64,000 bases of DNA from an uncultured cyanobacterium (GTDB lineage: Bacteria > Cyanobacteriota > Cyanobacteriia > CAKZMO01). The notes under the pieces were generated by a model. It was not told where the DNA came from, did not search any database, and saw only the letters and a list, made by a program, of their open reading frames with translations. Each line of letters starts with the position of its first letter. Position 1 is the stretch's first letter. A program made the translations under genes and the position numbers. Of this stretch, positions 7,802-17,059 are shown piece after piece. The stretch covers positions 160,001 to 224,000 of the forward strand of contig CAVRCJ010000005.1 in NCBI GenBank assembly GCA_963719515.1, read 5' to 3'.

Positions 7802-10542
7802 GTGGCGTTGGGCAACTGGATGCGTCAGGCTTTTGGAGCGCTTGCAGGAAGCAATTATCGCTGGAGCCCTGAGGCAGAGGAGGTGGTGGGTGACCTGCTG
7901 CGGGCGCTGCGGCGTAAGCGCGGGTTTGGCCTATTTTTTGTGCAGTGCAGCCCTGCCCAAGGGCAGCAGGTGATGGCGGCTATTCAGGAGCGACTGCCTC
8001 AGAAGCGGCTGGCGGAGTTTGAGCTAGAGCGCGATAGCAAGACGCTCTATGGTGAGCTGCTGGAGAGCTATCGGGCGGAGCCGTTTGAGGTGGCTTGCGT
8101 GACGGGGGTAGAGCAAGCGCTGTATGACTATGAGGATACGAAGCGCATTGCGGGGTGGAGTTCGGAAGAGATATATAACTATAGCTGGAAGGGGCTGCCG
8201 CCGCTGCTAAGCCACCTTAACCGGCAGCGAGAAGCGTTTGAGGCCAATCTTCCTGTTGCATTACTTTTTTTGGTGCCGGGATTCGTAATTGACTATTTCG
8301 TTCAACGAGCACCAGATTTCTTTGATTGGCGCTCAGGTTTTTTTAGGCTATCTCCTAGAATCGGAAGATGCGGCGAAAAGCTATTTGAGGAGCTAACCAG
8401 TGAAGAATTTGAGGAATATAAAGAACTATCTTCAGAGAAACGTCTTCAAAGAATTCTACAGATCAAAGATTTATTGAAGTCTAGCGATTTAGAAAAAGAG
8501 CAGCAAGCGCAGATGCTGCGAGAGCAAGGACGCTTGTTTAGCAGTGGTGATGATTTCGAACAGTCTTTAGATTGCTACAGTCGCGCAATAAAATTTCAGC
8601 CAGATTGTCATGAAACATTTAGAAGCAAAGGAATTGTACTACGTAATCTAGAACGATACGAGGAGGCGATCGCTGCCTATGACACCGCTCTCAACATCAA
8701 GCCGGACAATCACAAGGTGCTCAACAACAAAGGAATTGCGCTATATCGTCTAGAACGATACGAGGAGGCGATCGCCGCCTATGACGCCGCCCTCATCATC
8801 AAGCCGGACAACCACTATGCTCTCAAAAGCAAAGGATTTGCGCTACGGAATCTAGAACGATACGAGGAGGCGATCGCCGCCTATGACGCCGCACTCATCA
8901 TCAAGCCGGACTTCCACGAGGCGCTCAACATCAAAGGAAATGCGCTACGGAATCTAGAACGATACGAGGAGGCGATCGCCGCCTATGACGCCGCCCTCAA
9001 CATCAAGCCGGACCTACCACGAGGCGCTCAACAACAAAGGATTTGCGCTAGATGATCTAGAACGATACGAGGAGGCGATCGCCGCCTATGACGCCGCCCT
9101 CAACATCAAGCCGGACGACCACAAGGCGCTCAACAACAAAGGAAATGCGCTAGGTAATCTAGAACGATACGAGGAGGCGATCGCCGCCTATGACGCCGCC
9201 CTCAACATCAAGCCGGACAAACACGAGGTGCTCAACAACAAAGGAATTGCGCTATATCGTCTAGAACGATACGAGGCGGCGATCGCCGCCTATGACGCCG
9301 CCCTCACCATCAAGCCGGACAACCACGATGCGCTCAACAACAAAGGAAATGCGCTAGATAATCTAGAACGATACGAGGAGGCGATCGCCGCCTATGACGC
9401 CGCCCTCAACATCAAGCCGGACTACCACGAGGCGCTCAACAACAAAGGAATTGCGCTAGGTAATCTAGAACGATACGAGGAGGCGATCGCCGCCTATGAC
9501 GCCGCCCTCAACATCAAGCCGGACAAACACGAGGTGCTCTACAACAAAGGAAATGCGCTATATCGTCTAGAACGATACGAGGAGGCGATCGCCGCCTATG
9601 ACGCCGCCCTCACCATCAACCCGGACAAACACGATGCGCTCAACAACAAAGGAAATGCGCTAGATGATCTAGAGCGATACGAGGAGGCGATCGCCGCCTA
9701 TGACGCCGCCCTCACCATCAAGCCGGACTACCACGGGGCGCTCAACAACAAAGGATTTGCGCTAGGGAATCTAAAACGATACGAGGAGGCGATCGCCGCC
9801 TATGACGCCGCCCTCAACATCAAGCCGGACTACCACGGGGCGCTCAACAACAAAGGAACTGCGCTAGGGAATCTAAAACGATACGAGGAGGCGATCGCCG
9901 CCTTTGACGCCGCCCTTAACATCAAGCCGGACCTCCACGATGCGCTCAACAACAAAGGACTTGCGCTAGCTGACCTAGAACGATACGAGGAGGCGATCGC
10001 CGCCTATGACGCTGCTCTCAACATCAAGCCGGACAAACACGGGGCGCTTAACAACAAAGGAAATGCGCTAGCTAATCTAGAACAATACGAGGCGGCGATC
10101 GCCTCCTATGACGCTGCTCTCAACATCAAGCCAGACCTCCACAAGGCGCTCAACAACAAAGGAAATGCGCATATGACCTAGAGCGATACGAGGAGGCGAT
10201 CGCCGCCTATGACGCCGCCCTCAACATCAAGCCGGACACGAGGCGCTCAACAACAAAGGAATTGCGCTAGGGAATCTAGAACGATACGAGGAGGCGATCG
10301 CCGCCTATGACGCCGCCCTCATCATCAAGCCGGACAAACACGATGTGCTCTACAACAAAGCCTGCTGCTACGGACTACAGGGTCAAGTAGACTCAGCCCT
10401 CCTCTGGCTAGAAAAAGCGATCGCCCTCGACTCTGAATATCGCACTATGGCTTCAGCTGACAGCGACTTTGACTCTATTCGAGACAACAAGCGCTTTCAG
10501 CAACTGCTCCATGCCACCCAAAGCAACGGGAGCGATCGCTGA
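7802..10542 (+). CDS. TPR-repeat protein with N-terminal alpha/beta (degenerate NTPase-like) domain, ~914 aa reconstructed; indels at ~9013 (+1), ~10171 (-1), ~10237 (-4)
   Basis: ORFs 7802-9055, 8985-10181 and 10345-10542; 34-aa repeats LERYEEAIAAYDAALNIKPD.H.ALNNKG.AL; C-terminal YNKACCY...DSDFDSIR TPR cap. Net -4 nt restores one frame. Confidence 0.85.
8648..10360 (+). repeat. 17 tandem near-identical 102-bp coding repeats (TPR units)
   Basis: Unit starts at 8648, 8750, 8852, 8954, 9057, then every 102 nt to 10077, then 10178 and 10276; each unit carries a HIP1 site. Confidence 0.95.
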
Positions 10543-10585
10543 GCAGCCCCAAAGCGATCGCCTCATAAAATTTTTTGTACTACCC

Positions 10586-10614
10586 TTGCGGCAGCTGACC
10601 CAATGCGATAAAGT
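10586..10614 (+). promoter_or_regulatory. Putative sigma70-type promoter
   Basis: TTGCGG (10586-10591), 17-nt spacer, TAAAGT (10609-10614), with an AT-rich tract upstream. Confidence 0.45.
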
Positions 10615-10830
10615 CACTTCTTGAGAGCTGCATCCCGCAGCTTGGCTCCCAAGACTTTGGTCAGCGGAGACGACCGTCAGTAGCAATGGCGATCGCCTCC
10701 TAACCCCCTCGACAGACAATCCCTGTCTCGGCGGCTACGGGCATTATCCCGTGCCATCCCGAAACACGTCACGTCTAGGGATGGCCAAACCTTGGGTTTT
10801 CTGCCCAATTCACAACAGAGAACCCCAAAA

Positions 10831-11307
10831 ATGACAATTCAATATCGCCCGTCGTCCCTTCCCCAAGAAGAGGCGGCACAGAGCCCAATGCCTTGCGAGC
10901 AGGAAAGCATCCCCAAAAGCCCACCCTCGTACGGGCAGGTTTTGCCGACAAGTTTTAACGGTGACCGTACCCATTTACGCCAAACCGGCCCCGATACCTT
11001 ATCGGCAGCCTCCGGCAGCGACCACAGCCGCCCCCGCGAAACCAACCCAGACATTGAGCCAAACACCGAAAGCATTCTAAACCTCAGCGCCCCCCACCCC
11101 AGCTCAGGCGACGACTACCTGCACCACATCCTCATCGGCTCCCCCAAAGCCGTCCAAGACACCATCAAGCTGCTGCACGTCTTGCGCTACGTCGAAGGGC
11201 GACTCTGGACGCCGCTGATTGCCATCCGCGAACAGGGTCTCCGCATCACCCCCAACGAGGGCGAGGTGTTGAGCTACCTGGTGCGACAGCATCTGAAGCG
11301 GCAATAG
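10831..11307 (+). CDS. Hypothetical protein with disordered N-terminus and compact C-terminal domain
   Basis: ATG at 10831 within ORF 10792-11307. The C-terminal HHILIGSPKAVQDTIKLLHVLRYVE..WTPL resembles a cyanobacterial hypothetical family (recalled, not searched). Confidence 0.65.
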   Translation: MTIQYRPSSLPQEEAAQSPMPCEQESIPKSPPSYGQVLPTSFNGDRTHLRQTGPDTLSAASGSDHSRPRETNPDIEPNTESILNLSAPHPSSGDDYLHHILIGSPKAVQDTIKLLHVLRYVEGRLWTPLIAIREQGLRITPNEGEVLSYLVRQHLKRQ

Positions 11308-11380
11308 CCACGGCAAAGGTCACCTCTAAAACCGCGTAGAGCGCGCAAAAAATTCCCCTCCAGCGCGGGCGATCGCCTTG

Positions 11381-11552
11381 GAGGGCGTTTGAAAAGTAAG
11401 GCCTTACGCTCTGGCTTCACCCCCCTTAGTCCCCCCTTGGCAAGGGGGGAAACCGCAGTTCTCCCCCTTGAGCTTTGGCGTTAGCCTGCCCGCAGGGCGT
11501 AGGGGAGTTAGAGGGGGTAATGCAGAACTTCTGCTACTTTTCAAACAGCCTC
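11381..11552. mobile_element. MITE-like element with ~19-bp imperfect terminal inverted repeats
   Basis: GAGGGCGTTTGAAAAGTAA (11381-11399) versus CTACTTTTCAAACAGCCTC (11534-11552); internal CCCCCCTT..AAGGGGGG hairpins. Confidence 0.6.
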
Positions 11553-11619
11553 TTACGAGTGCTGTCGCGCTGAAGGGGGAAAAAGGGAGCCGAAAAGTCA
11601 AGCTTTGTATGTGTTTGGC

Positions 11620-12022
11620 GCAATCCTGGCCCTCTCCCCCGGCCTCTCTCCCAAACTTGATACCACTGGCGAAATATTTCGTAATCGAGCTGCACGCTTC
11701 GAGGCCCCCTAACCCCCAATTCTGGGGGAACCGGAGCAGTGGCCGTACTATTCGCGGCTATTGACTTTAAGGAGTTCTAACCTCTCTGAAGTCCCCCAGA
11801 ATTGGGGGATTGAGGGGGCCTTCTCCGGGGCAGGAAATAGCCGAGATGTAACAAGATATAAAATTCGCCAGCGGTATCAGAATTGGGGGAAGGGCTAGGG
11901 ATGGGGGCTTCCCAGGACGCTAAACACGTACCCCAAACTTGGGAGAGGGGAGTCTGGTTCCCTTCGCTCAGCATTGGGGGAAGGGCAGGGATGGGGCCTC
12001 CAGGACGCTAAACTCATACCAA
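11620..12022. repeat. Cluster of REP-like G/C-rich palindromic repeats
   Basis: CCCCCAATTCTGGGGG (~11713) and its inverse CCCCCAGAATTGGGGG (~11793); ~50-nt direct repeat ATTGGGGGAAGGGC..GGGATGGGG..CCAGGACGCTAAAC at ~11882 and ~11973. Confidence 0.65.
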
Positions 12023-12041
12023 GCTTTGCGGCGATGCGGTT

Positions 12042-14216
12042 CTACTTAATAAACAGCATCTCCTGATAGGTCGGCAGCGGCCAGAAGCTATCGGCCATCA
12101 CCCCCTCCAGCGCGTCCACATAGCCCCGCAGCTCATCCATCAGCCCCCGCAGGGTCTTGGCGCAGTACTGCATGTGCTCCTCAGTAGAGGCAAAGTCGTG
12201 CTTCTCCAGCGCCGCTTCTAAGTTGTCCGCCGCCTTCACCATGCCGTTGGTCAGCTCGGCCACCTTCTTGGCGCTCTCCGCCTCCAGGTCAATGCCCAGC
12301 CCAGTGAGGCTAGCAATGGTGGAAGACAGCTTAGAGAGATACTCAACAGCCGCCGGATATACCGTGGTCTTAGCCAGGCTCACCGCCAGCTTCGACTCTA
12401 CCTCAATGGACAGGATGTACTGCTCGGCGTACACCTCAAACCGGCTTTCCAGCTCAACCGGCGTCAGCACCCCGGTTTTCTCAAACAGGTCTTGGACCGA
12501 CTCTGACTTGAGTGACGGCAGTGCATCTGCGGTGGTGGGCAGGTTCGCTAGGCCGCGCTCCTCCACCGCCATCTTGTGCCACTCTTCCGAGTAGCCGTTG
12601 CCGCCAAACACCACGACGCCGTGCTCGTCCATCACCTCTTTGAGCACGGTAGAAATCGCCGCGTTCAGATCCGCGCCGCCCGATAGCTCGTTCTCTAACC
12701 GGTTGCCGACCCAGTCCAGGGAGTCAGCCAGCATCGTGTTGAGCACGATTAGGGGACCGGAGACCGACTGGCTGGAGCCGACGGCCCGGAACTCAAAGCG
12801 GTTGCCCGTGAAGGCAAACGGCGAGGTGCGGTTGCGATCGCCCGCGTCTTTGCTGAGGGGCGGCAGCACGTCCACGCCCAGATCCATAACGCCCTTCTGC
12901 TTGGAGCCGCTGAGGTTGCCTGCCTTAATCTGGTCAAACACCTCTTCGAGCTGGGTGCCCAGGTAGACCGACATAATGGCGGGTGGGGCCTCGTTCGCGC
13001 CCAGCCGGTGGTCATTGCTCGCGGTGGCGATCGCCGCCCGCATCAGGGGTCCATACTTGTGGACGCCGCGAATTACCGCGCCGCAGAACACTAAGAACTG
13101 AGCGTTTTCGTGGGGAGAATCGCCGGGGTCTAGCAGGTTGCCCTGGGTGGCGTTGCCCACCGACCAGTTGACGTGCTTACCGGAGCCATTGATGCCCGCA
13201 AACGGCTTCTCGTGCAGCAGACACATGAAGCCGTGCTTTTTGGCCGTCTGGCGCAGCACCGTCATCATCATCTGCTGGTGGTCGCTGGCGACGTTGGCCG
13301 CTTCGAAGTAAGGCGCGATTTCAAACTGACCAGGGGCCACCTCGTTGTGCCGAGTCTTGGCGGGGATGCCCAGCTTGTAGAGGGTCTCCTCCACGTCCTG
13401 CATAAACACCTGAACCCGCTCAGGAATGGCCCCAAAATAGTGGTCGTCGAACTCCTGTCCTTTAGCGGGAGGCTTACCGAATAGAGTACGACCGGCCAGC
13501 AGCAGGTCGGGGCGCTGGGTCGCAAAGTTGGCGTCTACCAAGAAATATTCTTGCTCAGCGCCGCAGCTGGAATTCACGTGGGCGACATTGGTGTGGCCCA
13601 ACAGCTTCAGTACCTTATTGGCGGCTTTGTCCATCGCCGCAATGGAGCGCAGCAGCGGCACCTTTTTGTCTAGCGCTTCACCTGTCCAAGAGATAAACAC
13701 CGTGGGGATGCAGAGCGTTGCCCCGTTGGAGGTCTCCATGATGTATGCCGGACTGGTGACGTCCCAACCTGTGTAGCCCCTAGCCTCATAGGTGTCGCGG
13801 ATGCCGCCGTTGGGGAATGAAGAGCCGTCGGGCTCGCCCTGTACCAGCAACTTGCCCGCAAACTCAGAGATCGCGCTGCCATCGCTTTGCACCGAGATGA
13901 AGCCGTCGTGCTTCTCGGCGGTTTGGTTGGTCATTGGGTAGAAAACGTGGGCATAGTAGAGAGCGCCCTTCGACATTGCCCAGTCGCGCATCGCGTGGGC
14001 AACGGTATCCGCAATCGAGGGGTCGAGGCTCTCGCCGGACGTGATCGTCTTCTTGATTGATTTGAAAACCGCCTTGGGAAGTGTCTCCTGCATCGTCGTC
14101 AGGTTAAACACGTTCTCTGCCCAGATGTCAGCCAAGCTCGACGGCGCTTTTGCAGGCAGCGGTGGCCGGTTAACTACGTTTTGAACAGCCTGAACGCGAG
14201 CATCATATCCACTCAT
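12042..14216 (-). CDS. glnN: Glutamine synthetase type III
   Basis: 724 aa; [50 protein letters not shown] and C-terminal WPLPTY. Confidence 0.95.
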   Translation of the reverse strand: MSGYDARVQAVQNVVNRPPLPAKAPSSLADIWAENVFNLTTMQETLPKAVFKSIKKTITSGESLDPSIADTVAHAMRDWAMSKGALYYAHVFYPMTNQTAEKHDGFISVQSDGSAISEFAGKLLVQGEPDGSSFPNGGIRDTYEARGYTGWDVTSPAYIMETSNGATLCIPTVFISWTGEALDKKVPLLRSIAAMDKAANKVLKLLGHTNVAHVNSSCGAEQEYFLVDANFATQRPDLLLAGRTLFGKPPAKGQEFDDHYFGAIPERVQVFMQDVEETLYKLGIPAKTRHNEVAPGQFEIAPYFEAANVASDHQQMMMTVLRQTAKKHGFMCLLHEKPFAGINGSGKHVNWSVGNATQGNLLDPGDSPHENAQFLVFCGAVIRGVHKYGPLMRAAIATASNDHRLGANEAPPAIMSVYLGTQLEEVFDQIKAGNLSGSKQKGVMDLGVDVLPPLSKDAGDRNRTSPFAFTGNRFEFRAVGSSQSVSGPLIVLNTMLADSLDWVGNRLENELSGGADLNAAISTVLKEVMDEHGVVVFGGNGYSEEWHKMAVEERGLANLPTTADALPSLKSESVQDLFEKTGVLTPVELESRFEVYAEQYILSIEVESKLAVSLAKTTVYPAAVEYLSKLSSTIASLTGLGIDLEAESAKKVAELTNGMVKAADNLEAALEKHDFASTEEHMQYCAKTLRGLMDELRGYVDALEGVMADSFWPLPTYQEMLFIK

Positions 14217-14570
14217 ACTTTTTCCCCTATAGTTCAGAGTGGCTTGATGTTACTCAAAACAGGGCATCGAAATAGATAGCAGATATACCAAAGCTCAAAA
14301 ATTATCGCAAACTTCATGCGACAGCTCGCTGAAAAATGGCCCGTCCGAGCGCGACAGGTACAGCAGTGTGCTGAAGAGGGCAGGAGTTGAGGGAAGCGGC
14401 GCTACTAAAATTAAGAGGCCTAGCTATCCGCAACAAATATCCGAATTTCTCGTGTATTCAACCTTCCAGCTTGGTTCCATAAGCCTACAGATCAGAAACG
14501 CCCGCATTCAAAGCAGTTGAGGGACTAACCTCGACTTAGTGATTAATCTCACGGATTGCCGGGTTTCTAC

Positions 14571-14586
14571 TGTGTGGAGGGCTACA
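14571..14586 (-). promoter_or_regulatory. Possible NtcA site upstream of glnN
   Basis: Minus-strand TGTA-N8-CACA, one mismatch to TGTA-N8-TACA, ~355 nt upstream of the glnN start; the -10 box at the canonical distance is weak. Confidence 0.35.
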
Positions 14587-14630
14587 AAATCCTGCAACAG
14601 CGCCGTTTTCCGCCCAGCGATCGCCCCTAG

Positions 14631-15284
14631 CTACGGCTGCCCCAACCGCCCGGTCGCGTAGCGGTAGTAGTGCCACATCAAATGCGCCACCACGCCCCGG
14701 TAGGGCTGCAGCGGTTCACAGCGCTGACGCAGCGCTTTTGCCGAGGGGCGATCGCTTAAGCCTTTGAGCTGTTGATACGCCACTTGGATTGCCAGATCTG
14801 AGGCGGGAAAGCTGTCTAAACGCTCCAGACAAAAGAGCATAAAGATTTCGGCGGTCCAAGGGCCAATACCCTTGACCTGGGTGAGCTTGTCGATGATGGC
14901 GCTGTCATCCCACTCAGATAAATTATCTAGAGGCAGGTCGCCCGAGGCGATAAGCTCACCCAAGGCGCGGCAGGTGGCTACCTTGGTGCGGCTCAGCCCC
15001 GCCTGCCTGAGAGCCTCTTCAGGGCAAGCCAGCAGGCGCTCCGGCGTCACTGGGTCTAGCCGCGTTTCTAGCCGCGCGAAAATAGCGCGGGCGGCGTGGG
15101 CCGAGAGCTGCTGACCGGCGATAGTGCGTACTAGCGCGCTGTAGGTGACCGCCCACCGGCGCACCTGCAGCGGACCCACCTGGGCCTCCACGCGGCCAAA
15201 GTCGGGATCGAGGGCGCAGACTTTCTCAATAGCCGCCCTTAAGCGAGGGCTGGGCGGAACGAGCTCGGGCGAGGCGTCTACCAT
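14631..15284 (-). CDS. alkA: DNA-3-methyladenine glycosylase (AlkA/HhH-GPD family)
   Basis: IAGQQLS, HhH motif VKGIGPWTA and FPASDL. Confidence 0.85.
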   Translation of the reverse strand: MVDASPELVPPSPRLRAAIEKVCALDPDFGRVEAQVGPLQVRRWAVTYSALVRTIAGQQLSAHAARAIFARLETRLDPVTPERLLACPEEALRQAGLSRTKVATCRALGELIASGDLPLDNLSEWDDSAIIDKLTQVKGIGPWTAEIFMLFCLERLDSFPASDLAIQVAYQQLKGLSDRPSAKALRQRCEPLQPYRGVVAHLMWHYYRYATGRLGQP

Positions 15285-15304
15285 AGGATACTTTGCCCTC
15301 AAGC

Positions 15305-16108
15305 CTATTCGGAGATTGCCGCCTTGAGGCTGCGGCAAAAGGCCTCAATCTCTTTGAGCCCCTGCTGGGGTGAGCCTTCCGCCAGCCGCTTTACAAAGGC
15401 GCTGCCCACCACCACCGCATTGGCTCCCCATTCCATAATCTGGCGGGCCTGGTCGGGCTGCGAGATGCCAAACCCCACCGCGATGGGCTTGTCGGAGACG
15501 CTTTGCAGATCCATGAGCAAATCCTGAACCCGTGACTCTACGCGGGTGCGGACCCCCGTCACGCCGGTGACGCTCACCAAATAAATGAAGCCCTGAGACT
15601 TAGCGGCGATCGCCTCAATGCGTTCCTTGGAGCTGGTGGGGGCCACCAGCAGCGTCAGCTCTATCCCATACTGCAGTCCCGTCTGCAGCAGCGTCTCCGC
15701 CTCTTCCAGCGGTAAATCTGGCACCACCAGTCCCTTCACCCCCGCCTCTGAAATGGTCTTCAAAAAGGCGTCAACGCCCTGATTGAGGATGGGGTTGTAG
15801 TAGGTAAACAGAATAATGGGGCTCTGCATTTCGGGGCTCACCTGTCGCACCACATCGAGAACGCTACTGAGCTGGGTGCCGCGCTTAAGGGCGCGAGACG
15901 CCGCCGCCTGAATCGTGGGGCCGTCTGCCAGCGGGTCGGAGTAGGGAACCCCTAGCTCAATCACGTCCGCGCCGCTGCGATCGAGCAGCCGCAGCGCCTG
16001 GGCGGTGGTGTCAAGGTCGGGGTCCCCCGCCGTGATGTAGGGAACCAAGGCGCACTGGCCGCGATCGCGGAGGGCGTTCATGCGCTCTGAGACGGAAGGT
16101 GAAGGCAT
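15305..16108 (-). CDS. trpA: Tryptophan synthase alpha subunit
   Basis: [27 protein letters not shown] and VVGSA. Confidence 0.97.
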   Translation of the reverse strand: MPSPSVSERMNALRDRGQCALVPYITAGDPDLDTTAQALRLLDRSGADVIELGVPYSDPLADGPTIQAAASRALKRGTQLSSVLDVVRQVSPEMQSPIILFTYYNPILNQGVDAFLKTISEAGVKGLVVPDLPLEEAETLLQTGLQYGIELTLLVAPTSSKERIEAIAAKSQGFIYLVSVTGVTGVRTRVESRVQDLLMDLQSVSDKPIAVGFGISQPDQARQIMEWGANAVVVGSAFVKRLAEGSPQQGLKEIEAFCRSLKAAISE

Positions 16109-16224
16109 AGGGGCTAGAGGGTGCTGAGACAGATCCAAGCTTACCGGATGGAGGTCTAATTTCTATTATCTGCTGATGGGCATCAGCCTGAAATAAGCGA
16201 TGTATATCTCTGCCTAAGTCTCTG

Positions 16225-17013
16225 CTACTTAGACGGCTGCAGCACCCACTGCAATACCCCCGGCAGCAGCCGGTACGCCTCCGTGGCGATCGCCGCCGGC
16301 CCCACTACGGTCTCCGTCTGCCCCTTACTCACCGCCTGCCAAATCGCCTTAGCGACGTCCTCTGGCTCACTGGCCACGGCGCTGCTCAGAGTCTCCTGCA
16401 TTTGCGATCGCTTTGCCTCCGCATCATCCCCACGAAACATGGCCCGCTCCATAAAGCTGCTGTTGATGATGCCGGGGTGGACAATGGCCACTTGAATACC
16501 TTTGGGGCGCAGCTCCAGCCGCAGGGTGTCGGTGAGGCCGGTGATAGCGTATTTGCTGGTGCAGTAGGCAGTCATGTAGGGGAGGGGCATTTTGCCGCCG
16601 AAAGAGCCGACGTTGACAATAGAGCCGCTGCCGCGGGCTAGGAACTGGGGCAGCAGCGCCTGGATCGTATGGACGTAGCCCCAGAGGTTGGTGTTGAGGA
16701 TCTCGGTCCAGTCGTCGAGGGTGGTTTTCTCTGCAGGGCCGGTGAGACAGATGCCGGCGTTGTTCACTAAAACATCAATAGAGCCAAAGGCGATCGCCTT
16801 TTCAGCGAGGTCGTTCACCTGCTGGGCATCTCCCACATCAGCAGGAACCGCTAAGGCCCTTTGCCCCATGGCTCTTACCTCCTGCGCCACTGCCTCTAGC
16901 CGGTCGGAACTGCGGGCGGTGAGTACAGTATCGTAGCCCTGCTTGGCAAACAGCAGTGCGGTCGCCCGCCCGGTCCCCTGAGATGCGCCAGTAATTAAGA
17001 CTGTTGGTGCCAT
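16225..17013 (-). CDS. SDR family oxidoreductase
   Basis: TGASQGTG, NNAG and YCTSK. Confidence 0.9.
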   Translation of the reverse strand: MAPTVLITGASQGTGRATALLFAKQGYDTVLTARSSDRLEAVAQEVRAMGQRALAVPADVGDAQQVNDLAEKAIAFGSIDVLVNNAGICLTGPAEKTTLDDWTEILNTNLWGYVHTIQALLPQFLARGSGSIVNVGSFGGKMPLPYMTAYCTSKYAITGLTDTLRLELRPKGIQVAIVHPGIINSSFMERAMFRGDDAEAKRSQMQETLSSAVASEPEDVAKAIWQAVSKGQTETVVGPAAIATEAYRLLPGVLQWVLQPSK

Positions 17014-17059
17014 AACGCTATTTGATGTACGACTAGACCTATCAGAATCTTTTGCAGTA

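Noticed and set aside
8648..10360. CRISPR array
   Set aside because: The repeats are contiguous 102-bp in-frame TPR units without unique spacers, and no cas genes are present.
6486..11307. Complete diversity-generating retroelement or retron
   Set aside because: No reverse transcriptase, Avd or separate template repeat is visible in the window.
11404..11974. Short ORFs over the repeat zone
   Set aside because: They are translations of G/C-rich palindromic repeats with no coding signature.
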